Assembly: GCA_047601445.1 (NCBI GenBank)
Contig: JASGJH010000001.1
Coordinates: 3,424,001-3,488,000 of the forward strand
DNA: 64,000 nucleotides
Direction of reading: 5' to 3'
Source: Myxococcales bacterium
GTDB taxonomy: Bacteria; Myxococcota_A; Polyangia; Polyangiales; DASUME01
Under the pieces are notes generated by a model. That model worked only from the letters and a program-made list of their open reading frames with translations. It had not been told where the DNA came from and did not search any database. Made by a program: the position numbers and the translations under genes. Within the stretch, counting starts at the first letter, position 1, and every line of letters begins with the position of its first letter. Of this stretch, positions 46,490 to 57,312 are shown one piece after another.

Positions 46490-49400
46490 ATGGCACGAGC
46501 ACTCACAGAGTCGCGCGGGCGCGCGGGCGCACGCCAGCCTTCCGATGCAGCCCCGAGGCGCCGACTCGGGCTGCGACACTCGAGGCTCCTCTGGATCGCA
46601 ATCGGGCTTTCAGTCGCTGTGTCCATGTACGCACTGGTCGGCTTTGAGCTGATGCCCCGCGTGGTTCGCTACGCCGCCACCAAGTACGTGCATGACGAGT
46701 ACGGACGCCAGCTGAGCCTGGGCGAGATCAAGGTCCACCCTTTCAAGCTCACCCTGGAGATCAAGGACGTCGGCTTTCCGGACCGCGACCACAAGCGCCT
46801 GTTCTCGCTGGGACGCGTGTTCGTGAACTTTCAGGCGCTGCGCTCCATCGCCAAGCTGTCCTGGGTGTTCTACGAGGTAACGGTGGATCACCCGAGCGTG
46901 CGCGCCATCGTGCGGCACAACGGTGAGTTCAATCTGGCCGACCTCGCGGGCAAACACGATCCCAAGGCAAGCGACGAACACGACCTGCCGCGCCTGTGGA
47001 TCGAGTACCTCACCGTGGCCCACGGTCGACTCGAGTTCATCGATCGCGCGCGCAAGCGTCCCTTCGAGCAAAGGCTCGCGCCCCTCAGCTTCACGCTCGA
47101 GAACTTCCGCACCACGCCCCAGGGCGGCAACTTCGAGTTCGCGGCCACCGGCGCCGAGAACGCGCGGTTAGCCTGGGTGGGGAACGTCACGCTGGATCCG
47201 CAGGCTGGCTCACACGGCGAGTTCGCGATCACCGGCTTTCCGGTGAAGACGCTGGCGCAGTACCTGGGCGATGCCCTTCCCTTCGCGGTGCCCAAGGGCA
47301 AGCTGAACCTGCGCGCGTCCTATCGCGCCAGCTTGGGCAAACACTTGAGTGCCCAGCTGCACGTGAGCCGGCTCGACCTGCGCGCTCTGGTCCTGCGTGC
47401 GCGCAGTGAGCCGAACACGTCACTGGAACTTCCTGCCATCGAGGTCGAGGACGCCCAGGCCACGCTCGAGCATCACGAGGTGAAAGTCGCCAAGCTGATC
47501 GTGCGACAGCCCCATGCCGAGGCACGACTCGAGGCCGACGGCAGCATGAATCTGAGCAAGTTGTTCGCTGGCAAGAGTGTCAGTCCCAAAACGGTCGAGG
47601 CCCCTGCGGGGACCAAGCACGCGCGGGGCTCGCAGGCCGCCGGTGCCGAATGGTCGGTGCAACTCGCAGAGTTCGAGGTCGTCGATGGAGCCCTGCACCT
47701 GGAAGACGCCGCGGTCGCCCCGGGCACGCGCTTCGAGGTCGCCCCGATTCGCGTGAGCGCCAAGGGCTTGAGTACCGACCTCGAGCGCCCCGTGCACGTG
47801 CGGCTCGATGCTGCCATCAACGACGACGCGGACATCCACTTCACGGGCGAGGTCAAACCCGAGCCCTTCGGTGCCCAACTGGAGGTGGCCGTGGAGGATG
47901 CCGGGCTGGCTCTGCTTCAGCCCTACGTTTCGCAGCAGGCAGCGCTGACCATCCAGGACGGTTCCCTCGACGCCAAGGGCAAGCTCACGCTCAGCTCCAA
48001 TGCTGGCCCCGGCGAGGCAGAGGCGGAGCTCGTATTCCTCGGCGACGCCGCCATCAGGGACTTCAAGAGCGTCGACAACCTGCTGCGCCAGGACTTCGTG
48101 AACTTCAAGACCGTCGAGTTCAAGAAGATCAAGTTCACGCGCTCCCCGGACGCCCTCGAGATCGATCGCGTCGTGGCGAAGCAGCCCTACGCGCGCGTGG
48201 TGCTGAGCCAGAAGAAGGTGTTGAACGTGAGCGAAGTGCTGTCCCCGGAGACCGCCGCCGGCCCGAATGCGGCACCGCCCACGGAGGGATCGCACCACGG
48301 GCGCAAGAAAGCCCCGCGCGTCACCTCTGGACCACTGCAAGACGAGCTCGAAGCGCAGGTGCAGAAGCTGCCCGTCAAGGTCGGCACGGTGTTCGTGGAC
48401 GACATGCAACTCAACTTCTCCGACCTCTCCGTGCAGCCAAACTTTTCCGCCCAGATGCAGAACCTCACCGGCACCTTGAAAGGCCTGTCCACGGAGAGGA
48501 AATCGCGCGCCAACCTGCACCTCGAGGGGAATTTCGGGCGAGAACTCCCCGGTGCTGATCTCGGGGCAGACTCAGCCCTTCGCCTACGACAAGTTCAGCG
48601 ACCTCAGCATCCACACCGAGAACATCTCCCTGCCGGTGTTCAATCCCTACTCGGGTCGGTTCGCCGGCTACAACATCTCGCGCGGCAAGTTGAGCACCGA
48701 GATCCACTACCTGGTGAAGAATCGTCAGCTCGAAGCGCAGCATCAGATCCGCATCGATCAACTGACCTGGGGCGAGAAGACCGAGACCAAGGAGAAGGCC
48801 CCTTTCCCGGTGAGATTGGCCACCGCGTTGCTGCGCGACCGCGAAGGCGTGATCCGACTGGACCTCCCCCTGAGCGGCACACTCGACGATCCCACGTTCA
48901 AGGTTTGGCCCCTGGTATGGAAGGTGTTCAAGAACATCATGGTCAAGGCGGTCAGTGCGCCCTTCGATCTCCTGGGCTCGCTGTTCAAGGGCGCCGAGAA
49001 GGCGCGCTATGTGGACTTCACGGCCGGCAAGGCCGAGCTGGATCACGAGGCTCGCAGCGGCCTGGCTTCGCTCAGCAAGGCGCTCCGGGAGCGGCCCAAG
49101 CTCAAGCTGACGATCCCGGTGGGGACCCTGAGCGAGCTCGATCGCAAGGCGCTGGGCGATCAGAAGTTCGAGGAGGGACTGCAGCGCAGCGCGAGCGCCA
49201 CCCTGAGTCGACGCGAGAAGCGTTCCGGCGTGCCGCCTTACGCGAAGCTCGACGACGACCAAAAGCGCGACGCGCTCGAGAAGCTGTACAAGGACCTCAC
49301 GGGGTCGAAGCCCGATCTCGGCGCTGCCCCCAAGGCCCCCGAGGGCAGCTCACGAAAGGCCGCCAAAGAGAGCGCTGAAAAATTCGAGCTCGATCAGCTC

Positions 49401-49592
49401 ACCAAGCTCACGCGGAAGAAGGTCCAGGTGGAGGAGAGCGACCTCGTAACCCTCGGGCGCAAGCGCGGCCAGGCCATCGAGGCCGAGCTGCTCAAGAGCA
49501 AAGAGGTCGAATCCACCCGTGTGTTTCTCGACAAGGAGGGCAAGGTGAGCGGCGAGCACGGCAAGGTTCGCTACGAACTCGAGCTCCAGTAG
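46490..49592 (+). pseudogene. DUF748 domain protein (AsmA-like), +1 frameshift near 48535 (possibly a sequencing indel)
   Basis: N-terminal TM and repeated DUF748-like beta segments; second frame from about 48537 has PYSGRFAGY.I.RGKL, LATALLRDREGVIRLDLPLSGTLDDPTF. Confidence 0.85.
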
Positions 49593-49603
49593 CGTACGCG
49601 CGC

Positions 49604-50872
49604 TCAGCCGCCATCGCCGCCTGTCCCTTGCACGCTTCCGGCGTCGCCAGTGCCCGCGTCCACCTCGGGCAAGGATTCGATCCAGGCGCGCACGCTGGCC
49701 ATGCCGGCGTCGTCGAGGAACTCGGTAGCCACGGGGGGCATCTGCAGACTCCCGGGGCCGCGCTGGCTGATGCGCTTCCAGAGTTCGCTCGAGTCCGGCT
49801 TGCCGGGTTCGATGATGTGCAGGTCCGGTAGCACGGAGTTGGGTCGCCCCACGGTGCTCGCGTAGCCCTCCGTCGCTTCGACGCTCAGCAGCTGCAGCAC
49901 GTTCTCCCATAGACGCGGGCCGCCGGTCTTGGGGTTCGACTTCTTGAGCTGGGCATACACGGCCGAGCGTGGGTTGTGACAATGACCGCAGTTAGCGTGC
50001 AGATAGCCGAGTGCAGCCTGTGCCTTGGCGTCGCCGGGCAATACGTAGGCCTGCGGAGGCGCCTGCGTGAGGCGGCCTTCGTTGACCAGCGTGGTGATGT
50101 CGAGTCCGCCGAGTTGGTGCGTGAGCTGGATGGCACTCGGGCCCAACAGCTTGTCCGGCATGTTGTCGTGGCAGCGTGTGCAGGTGTAGATGTCAGGGAT
50201 GTCGTGGGGGGTCCCGTTGGCGTTGGACACGCCGCCGGGCACCGCGTCGGCGTCGCTGCGGTCGGCGCGCCATTGATAGGCGATCATGAGCCAGCTGTTC
50301 TCGGCCACCTTGTACAGAAGCCGGGTCTCCACGCGCACGTCGCCGACCGAGAACTCCTTCCAGGCCTTGGTGCCCACGGGATAGACCCAGTGGTCCATGT
50401 CGGACGTGTCGATCTGCGCGCCATCTGGCAGATAGAGCCAGCGACGCTTGTGGGCGCCGTCAGACCACAGCTTGTACTTCGGCTCGAAGGCTCGCACGCC
50501 GGGGGCCAGCGTCTCCTGCGCGAAGTCCGCGAACAGCCCGGTCCGAGAGAGCAGCGCCGGATAGGTGATGGGGCCCGCGTCGTGGGAGGCGTCCGGCTCA
50601 CCGGCCTCCTGCGGCGCCGCATCGAACGTCGCGTCGAGGGCAGCGTCCAAGGACGCATCGAAGAGCGGACCCGCATCGAGGCTCGCGTCGTGGTGCACCA
50701 GAGGCGCCGCATCGTGACCTGGGGGAGCTGCGTCGCGGGCGCTGGCGTCGTGCCCGACCTGCGCATCCATGTCCGACGCGTCCGGCAGCATGCTGGCGTG
50801 TTCTTCGAAGCAGCTCGCGAGCACGCTCCATACCAGGAACGAACATGCGAGCCGAAGGCTGCGGGTCACCAC
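49604..50872 (-). CDS. Diheme c-type cytochrome lipoprotein (SO2930-like)
   Basis: Lipobox VLASC; DAS/DAA linker; LWSDGAHKRRW, PVGT, VETRLL; CTRCH and CGHCH; QMPP. Confidence 0.82.
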   Translation of the reverse strand: MVTRSLRLACSFLVWSVLASCFEEHASMLPDASDMDAQVGHDASARDAAPPGHDAAPLVHHDASLDAGPLFDASLDAALDATFDAAPQEAGEPDASHDAGPITYPALLSRTGLFADFAQETLAPGVRAFEPKYKLWSDGAHKRRWLYLPDGAQIDTSDMDHWVYPVGTKAWKEFSVGDVRVETRLLYKVAENSWLMIAYQWRADRSDADAVPGGVSNANGTPHDIPDIYTCTRCHDNMPDKLLGPSAIQLTHQLGGLDITTLVNEGRLTQAPPQAYVLPGDAKAQAALGYLHANCGHCHNPRSAVYAQLKKSNPKTGGPRLWENVLQLLSVEATEGYASTVGRPNSVLPDLHIIEPGKPDSSELWKRISQRGPGSLQMPPVATEFLDDAGMASVRAWIESLPEVDAGTGDAGSVQGTGGDGG

Positions 50873-51660
50873 TTGGCGCCGTCCTCGATCCAGTCGTGGA
50901 TGAGCTCGATGCTCGCATCGTCCAGGGGACCACTGTTGTCGTCCGGCATGCGTACACCGCAGACCGGGGTTGCCTCGCTGACCTTGTGGATGATCAGGCT
51001 GTTGTCCGGATCACCGGGGATCACGCGCCGATAATCCTCGCCCGAGGCGGCCGGACTGCAGTGAACGCCCGCGGCCTGGACCCCGGCGTCATTGGGCCCC
51101 ACCAGGTTGTCGTAGGCAGCGTCGACACTGTGCATGTCGAGGTGGCCGAGCGACCAGCCGATCATGGCCCAGTCGGCGCCGCCGTCCCCGTCGCTATCGG
51201 GGTGATGGCAGTAGGCGCACCTTGTCCCGATCAGGTGCTCATACACATACCTGAACGTCACGATGCCCGCGTCGTGCGGCCCTGCATCGTGGGGGCCGGC
51301 GTCGCTCGGCCCTGCTTCGATGGGGCCAGCGTCGAAGGGCCCGGCGTCCTTGAGGGCCGCGTCCATGGTTTCGACACTGGCGTCCATATCGTCGCCTGCG
51401 TCGCGCTGCCCAGCATCCGAAGGCGGCGTCGTGGTCCCGGCGTCCGGCGGGTGACCGCCATCGTGATGGGCCACACCCGAGTCCTTGATTTTGCCCTGAT
51501 GGGGCGGGTTGCCCCCATCGCCGCACGCGAAGAGCAGCAGGGCCAACGATGTGTACCCCGCGCTCGCGCGCCCCACGGTCCGCACGCGCAGGCCTGCACC
51601 CGCGCCGTTAACAGCACCTGCGGGCGTGGTCGCCCGCTTCCACGTCGCACCCATCGCCAT
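50866..51660 (-). CDS. Monoheme c-type cytochrome lipoprotein (planctomycete cytochrome C-like); start probably downstream of 51660
   Basis: Lipobox LLFAC; DAG repeats; CAYCH; VIPGDPDNSLII...RMP...IHDWIEDGA. Confidence 0.78.
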   Translation of the reverse strand: MAMGATWKRATTPAGAVNGAGAGLRVRTVGRASAGYTSLALLLFACGDGGNPPHQGKIKDSGVAHHDGGHPPDAGTTTPPSDAGQRDAGDDMDASVETMDAALKDAGPFDAGPIEAGPSDAGPHDAGPHDAGIVTFRYVYEHLIGTRCAYCHHPDSDGDGGADWAMIGWSLGHLDMHSVDAAYDNLVGPNDAGVQAAGVHCSPAASGEDYRRVIPGDPDNSLIIHKVSEATPVCGVRMPDDNSGPLDDASIELIHDWIEDGAKW

Positions 51661-51963
51661 CCGCCGGCCTCGTCTTTCGTCGAGCTAAACGGTTGCGGCT
51701 CAAGCACTGCGATTGAGAGCCGAGAGCGATGTTGTCATGGCTCTGCACGACGGCTCAACGCTGCGCCAGGGGCGCAAAAAAGGTTGCTGTTCAGCTCGGA
51801 GTGCGTGTGCGCTGCCCCCGGCGGTGTGGGCCTGCGCGAGGATTTGATCGTTAAGCGTTCCGAGTCTTGGTGTGAGCTTTGATATGATTTTCGCCGGCCC
51901 CTCACAGGGCCGAAGTTGCCGGCACGATGGGGGATCGGTGTCTGTCGCAGGGCTTGGTGTTGA

Positions 51964-53389
51964 ATGAAGCGTGATCGAGGGGCCGCAGGGAGCTCGACGC
52001 CGGGTGCGCGGAGTCGAAGGCGTGTTCCTTTGCAGTGGCTGCACGTGCTCGGCGCTTCGCTTTTGGTGATCGCCGGATTCGGCATCCCCAAGCCCGAGCG
52101 CGCATGCGCGCAGGTCGGCCCGCGCGCCCTGCCCGCTCTCTTCACGACGCCACGCATCCTGCGACCGAAGCACACCTCCGGGACGATCCTCGGGGCCGCA
52201 GGCTACGGCTCGCGCGAGCAATTTTCCGGCTCCGACGAGACGCGAAGCACGGCGCTCGGCGCGCTGGCCGCGGCCGTGAACCACCGCTCGGGCATCGCTG
52301 GCGAGCTGCGCCTGGACGGTCGCCTCGAGGTGCCGCCCAACGGGAATGAGAAGCTGGCCTCGGTGGGCGAGGTGCGAGGCTTCGTGCGCGTCTCGCCGGG
52401 CCTCTACAAGAATTTCGATCTCAGGCATGGAATTGGGAGTGTGGATTCCCGGCGGTAAGGCGCCCTCGCTGCGCCTGGACGCGACCACGATCGATGCCTT
52501 GCTGGCCTTCGACGCCAGGCTCACCGACTCCTGGGCGTTGGTCGGTGCCGGCGGCTTCCGCCTCGATCACAGCAAGCAGGCCATGCCCGACGATCGCACG
52601 CTATCGCAGGCGGATTGGGTGGTGCTCGGACTCAGCTCCTGGAACGCGGCGCTGGCGCGCCTGGGTAGCGAGCTCAAGCTCGGACGCACGCGCAGCTTCG
52701 TGGAGTGGACCTGGGACGTGTTCGTGGGCAGCACCGCGCCTGCGATCATGAAGTCCCCGATGTACGCCGCCATCGGCACGCGCATCGATCTCGATCGCCG
52801 CGGGGCCTTGGTGCTGAACCTGTCGGCGCGCGCGCTCCTGAGCGAGCGCCCGCGCGTGGATGTGCAGGGGCCAGCGATCCCGTTCCCACCGCGCTACGAG
52901 GTGTGGACGGCTTTGAGCTATCAGTTCGGTGGCCACCCGAAGCCTGCGGCGCCGCCCCCCGGTACAGACGAGAATCAAACGGCGAAGACCGAGGTCACGC
53001 CGGAGCCGAGCGCCCAGGCCTCGGAAGGACAGCCCGAGGGGACGACCGCAGAGAGCACCCCGGCCTCCGGTGCGAGCACCGTGGCTGCCGCTGCCGCGAC
53101 GCCCGAGGTCCAGCAAGCGTCCGGTCAGCTGCGCTTCTTGGTGCGCGACCACGAAACCGGAGAGCCGCTCGAGGCCAACATCGTCGTGGTGCCCGTGGGA
53201 AGCGGCGCCACGCCCAGTGAGTACAAGTCCGGCGCCGACGGTCGCCTGGAGATCGACCTGCCGCCTGGCCGCTACGAGGTCACGGTCAAGCTGTACCGCT
53301 GGCGCAAGCAGGTAAAGACGGTCGAAATCGAGGACGAGAGCGTGACCCTCATCGACGCAGCGCTGCACGCGAGGTCGAAGAAGCGATGA
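51964..53389 (+). pseudogene. OM beta-barrel with carboxypeptidase-regulatory-like domain, +1 frameshift near 52423 (possibly a sequencing indel)
   Basis: Frame A ...LRLDGR...SPGLYKNFDL and frame B GMELGVWIPGGKAPS... together align with the intact paralog at 35441 (LTLDGR...GGELVLWFPGNDAPS; GFRLDHS vs GFRFDNS). Confidence 0.78.
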
Positions 53390-55434
53390 ACACACGCCGC
53401 ATCGCCATCGCGGTCACTCTGACCGCCTTGCTGACCATCCTGTTCATCTGGCTGTCGGGAGAATCGCCGTTGGCGCAGATCTCGAAGCTGGAGGGCGGAG
53501 TGGACCGCGATCGCAAGGGTTCCGAGGAGCAGTGGTTCACAGCGAACCTGGGGGACGAGCTGTCGCTCGGGGACGCGGTACGTACGGCCAAGCAGAGCCG
53601 CGCCAAACTCGTGATGTCCGAGGGCACCGTACTCGACGTGGCGCCGAGCACCATCGTGCGGCTGCTTTCGGATGCGCCCAAGCGCGAGCGCTTCCGCGTG
53701 GAGAGCGGCTCGGCGGAGGTCCAGGCCGGCGAGAATGCCGTGATCTTCGAAACCGCGCGCGGCACCGTGCAAGTCGAGCGCGGCGCCAAGGTAACCGTGC
53801 GCGAGGAAGAAGACGGAAGCACCTGGGTACGTGTCGACATGGGGCGCGCGCAGATCGGCTGGGAAGAGAGCCAAAAGGTGCTCATGGCCGGCCAGGAACT
53901 GCGCTCATCCAAGCCCAAACTGAAGACTCCCGCGACGTCGACGAGCTCCACTGCGCCGGCGCTCGACAAGGCCCGCGCAGCCGAGCAGGTGCCCACCCGC
54001 GAGCCCAAGCCGGCAAGCGACCCCAGCGCTGCGAGCGAGCCGAACAGCACGCGCGAACTCGGCGCGAACCCGACGCCCCGCAAGCCCGACGCGCCCTCCC
54101 CTGCCTCGCAGGGCATGGCGGCCCGCGTGCGCGGCAATCAGGTGAAGGTCCAGGCCAAAGGCGACAAGACCGCGCGTGGTATCGCCGAGGGCGATCACGT
54201 GCTCGCCGTGGGTACCCTCGTGACCGTCGACGGCACGAGCTCCCTCGAGCTCACCCAGGCGGAGGGCGGCAGCCTGGTGACCCAGGGCAAGACCTCCTTG
54301 GTGGTGGGCGACGGTAGCAAGGTGGCCACGCGTGTCCTCAACGGAAAGCTGCGTGCCGAGGCCGGTCGCGTGCCGCTCGAGGTCGAGGTGCCGGGCGGGC
54401 GCATCCTGCTCATGGTGGACGACAAGGGCGGCGCGGCAGGCTCGATCCAGACCGCCAAGACCGGCACGCAGGTGAGCGCCGAGCGGGGCAACCTGATGCT
54501 GCGCGGCAAGGACAAGGAAGAGCGCCTTTCGAAGGGATCCCAGGGCTCCTTGAGCACCCGCGGCCTAGCCGCTGTCGATTACCATCCCCCCAGCATGCGC
54601 GACATGATGCTCACTGCGGGCGTGTCCACGACGGTGCACGACCCGCAGCCGCCGACCGCAGTGGCTTTGCAGGTGGGGACCGCATGCGGAGGCGACGCCA
54701 CCCTGGTAGAGCAGCAGACCGCGCGGGGCTTCCAGGTGCGCGGCGAGACCCGCGACCAGCTGCTCCTGTGGTTCGGGCAAGGCACCACGGCCTATCGACT
54801 GCGCTGCCAGAGCGAGGGCGGCGCGCCGGGTAAGATCGTGGCCAATGGGCGCGTCCAGGTCCAACACGACGGCGCAGCGCGCCGCGTAACCAAGCGGGCG
54901 CCGGAGCTCGAGCTGGATCTCGATGGCCGCAAGTACACCGCGGTGTATCAGACCCTGCTGCCCAAGGTGCGCGTGCGCGCTCCGGCCGGCCTCGCGGGCG
55001 AGGCGAGCTTGCGCGTGGAGGGCTCGGGCCCGACCAAGACCTTCAAGCTGCTGGCGAGCGGGCTCACCCTCGAGTCCGGACAACTCGGCGAGGGAACCCA
55101 TAGCTTGAGCTTCGTCGGCAAGAGCGCTGCGCCTGCCAAGAAGCCCACCACGCTGGTGATTCGCTTCGATAATTCCGCGCCTGCGGCCTACCTGGAGGGC
55201 GAAGGCGCGCTGAAGCCGGCCGGCGACGGCAGCGTGGAGATCAGCGGCGCGGCCCTGGACGACAGCCAAATTACCGTGGACGGCAAGCCTGTCTCCCTCG
55301 ACCGCGCAGCGCGCTTCGACGCCCGCGTGGTGCCCGACCCCAAGGCGCGCGGTGTCGGTTTGTGGATTCGGCATCCCCGCCTGGGTTCCCATCACTACGT
55401 GCGGCGCATCCAAGGGCGGGATCAAACGCCATGA
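53386..55434 (+). CDS. Membrane-anchored FecR-domain protein
   Basis: N-terminal TM; LGDAVRTAKQSRAKLVMSEGTVLDVAPSTIVRL FecR pattern and a second FecR-like repeat; ATGA overlaps at both ends. Confidence 0.78.
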   Translation: MNTRRIAIAVTLTALLTILFIWLSGESPLAQISKLEGGVDRDRKGSEEQWFTANLGDELSLGDAVRTAKQSRAKLVMSEGTVLDVAPSTIVRLLSDAPKRERFRVESGSAEVQAGENAVIFETARGTVQVERGAKVTVREEEDGSTWVRVDMGRAQIGWEESQKVLMAGQELRSSKPKLKTPATSTSSTAPALDKARAAEQVPTREPKPASDPSAASEPNSTRELGANPTPRKPDAPSPASQGMAARVRGNQVKVQAKGDKTARGIAEGDHVLAVGTLVTVDGTSSLELTQAEGGSLVTQGKTSLVVGDGSKVATRVLNGKLRAEAGRVPLEVEVPGGRILLMVDDKGGAAGSIQTAKTGTQVSAERGNLMLRGKDKEERLSKGSQGSLSTRGLAAVDYHPPSMRDMMLTAGVSTTVHDPQPPTAVALQVGTACGGDATLVEQQTARGFQVRGETRDQLLLWFGQGTTAYRLRCQSEGGAPGKIVANGRVQVQHDGAARRVTKRAPELELDLDGRKYTAVYQTLLPKVRVRAPAGLAGEASLRVEGSGPTKTFKLLASGLTLESGQLGEGTHSLSFVGKSAAPAKKPTTLVIRFDNSAPAAYLEGEGALKPAGDGSVEISGAALDDSQITVDGKPVSLDRAARFDARVVPDPKARGVGLWIRHPRLGSHHYVRRIQGRDQTP

Positions 55435-57170
55435 ACAGGCTGGCCAACGACCAAGCGGGCAAGGTCGTCCTCGGTCGCTATCGACTGGTGATGCCGCTGG
55501 CGAAGGGCGGCCAGGGCATGGTGTACCTGGCGCGCGGCGAAGGCGCGGCGGGCTTCACGTTGCCCGTGGTGATCAAGCGCGTGCTCACGCCCATCGCCAC
55601 CGACCCGGAGTCCATCGAGCGCTTCGTGCGCGAGGCTCGGATCACCGCGCAGCTGCGCCATCCGGACATCGTGTCCATCCTGGATTTCGAGCAAGAGTCC
55701 GACGACTCCTATGTGATGGTGCTGGAGTACGTCCACGGCTACGACCTCGCCAAGTGGACCCGCTTCGTGCGCGCCGACTCGCGCCCCTTCCCCGCCGACC
55801 TGGGCGCCTATCTCACGATTCGCGTGCTCGAGGCGCTGCACCACTCGCACTCGCTGCGCGCTGCCGACGGCACACCCACGCCGGTGATCCACCGCGACGT
55901 CAGCCCCGGCAACGTGCTGATCGACGAAGACGGGCACGTGAAGCTCACCGACTTCGGCATCGCGCACTCCAAGTCCGACCGCAACGACGAGCAAAGTTCG
56001 GGGTCGGGCACCAAGCCAGGAATTCAGGGGAAAATCGCGTATATCTCGCCGGAGTTGTACCGCGGTGGACCGCCCTCGGCGCAGAGCGACCTCTACGCCT
56101 GCGCCGTGATGCTGCACCAGCTCCTGGTAGGCAAGAACGAGTTCCAGGCCAAGGATCTGGTGAGCACCGCCATGCGCGTCGTGCAACACGTGCCCACCAA
56201 GGTCTCCGAGCTGCGGCCCGACGTGAGCCCGGCCGCGGCCGCCGTGATCGCGCGCGCGCTCGCCAAGGATCCCAGCCAGCGCCACCAGAGCGCCCGCGAG
56301 CTCAGCGTCGACCTGCGGCGTGCCTTCCAGCTCGATCTTGGCGAGATGCCCGAAAAGCTGCTGCGCGCGGTGCGCCAGGACTTCTTCGATCCACGCTTCC
56401 CCAAGCTGGCGGAGGTGCTCGATCTCGCGACCATCGATCGCGCCTGGCGCGAGGTGCCCGCCGCGCGCCCACTCTCGAACTTCCCGCCCTCCACCGCATC
56501 TGCGAGCGGAGCCGCGCTCAAGCCCGTAGCACCCGCTGCGAGCGCCGGACTCGAGCTGAGCACGACCCTGGCCGAGGTCGACGCCGACGCCTTACCCAAG
56601 GACAGCGCGCAGGCTGCGCCCAAGCGGTCGGAGAGCCTGCCGTGGATGCTGGCCGCGGCCGTGGCCGTGGCGGCTGCCATCGCGTTCGTGGTGACGCGCC
56701 AGAGCGGCCGCGAGAACCGCGTGGTGTTCGTGGACGCCCGCGAGAACGCCGGACCGAGCGAACCCGCGGCAGCCGCGGAGGGACCGACTGAAACAGCGAG
56801 CGCCAAGCCTCCCACGCCGCCCCCCATCGTCGCGCCTGCCAAGGAGACGCCGGCCACGAAGCCGAGTGGCGAGACCAAGGCGCGTGCCGATGACGATGTG
56901 CAGGGCCTCACACGGGCCTTTGGCGCACGCCGCAAAGAAGTCGAGGCTTGTTTTACCCAGCACAGTGCAGCACTCGAGGGGGCCCCTCGCGTGCAGGTGG
57001 ACTTCGAGATCTCGGCCAAGGGCGTGGTCACCGGAGCAGGCCTCGATCCGAGCGCCATCGAGAACACCGAGCTCGGCCGCTGCATCCTGAAGGTGGCCTC
57101 GGCCACGCGCTTCCCGAAGCAGGCCGGCACGCTGCGCTTCCGCATCCCGCTCACGGCGCGCGGTCAGTGA
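55431..57170 (+). CDS. Hanks-type Ser/Thr protein kinase with TM and C-terminal AgmX/PglI (TonB_C-like) domain
   Basis: LAKGGQGMVY, VVIKR, HRDVSPGNVL, DFG, GKIAYISPE; TM WMLAAAVAVAAAIAFVV; C-terminal VEACF...VDFEISAKG...LGRCI...RFP. Confidence 0.93.
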   Translation: MNRLANDQAGKVVLGRYRLVMPLAKGGQGMVYLARGEGAAGFTLPVVIKRVLTPIATDPESIERFVREARITAQLRHPDIVSILDFEQESDDSYVMVLEYVHGYDLAKWTRFVRADSRPFPADLGAYLTIRVLEALHHSHSLRAADGTPTPVIHRDVSPGNVLIDEDGHVKLTDFGIAHSKSDRNDEQSSGSGTKPGIQGKIAYISPELYRGGPPSAQSDLYACAVMLHQLLVGKNEFQAKDLVSTAMRVVQHVPTKVSELRPDVSPAAAAVIARALAKDPSQRHQSARELSVDLRRAFQLDLGEMPEKLLRAVRQDFFDPRFPKLAEVLDLATIDRAWREVPAARPLSNFPPSTASASGAALKPVAPAASAGLELSTTLAEVDADALPKDSAQAAPKRSESLPWMLAAAVAVAAAIAFVVTRQSGRENRVVFVDARENAGPSEPAAAAEGPTETASAKPPTPPPIVAPAKETPATKPSGETKARADDDVQGLTRAFGARRKEVEACFTQHSAALEGAPRVQVDFEISAKGVVTGAGLDPSAIENTELGRCILKVASATRFPKQAGTLRFRIPLTARGQ

Positions 57171-57312
57171 GGCCGTGCCTGGGAGCGACACGCCGAGTCG
57201 CCTACATGGCCCCATGCGACGCCGGAGGGATCAGCCCCAAACTGCCCGAATTTTGGCGCATCAAGGCCTGCCCGAGAGTCGGAGCATGCATGATAGAGTT
57301 TCGATCGAACCC

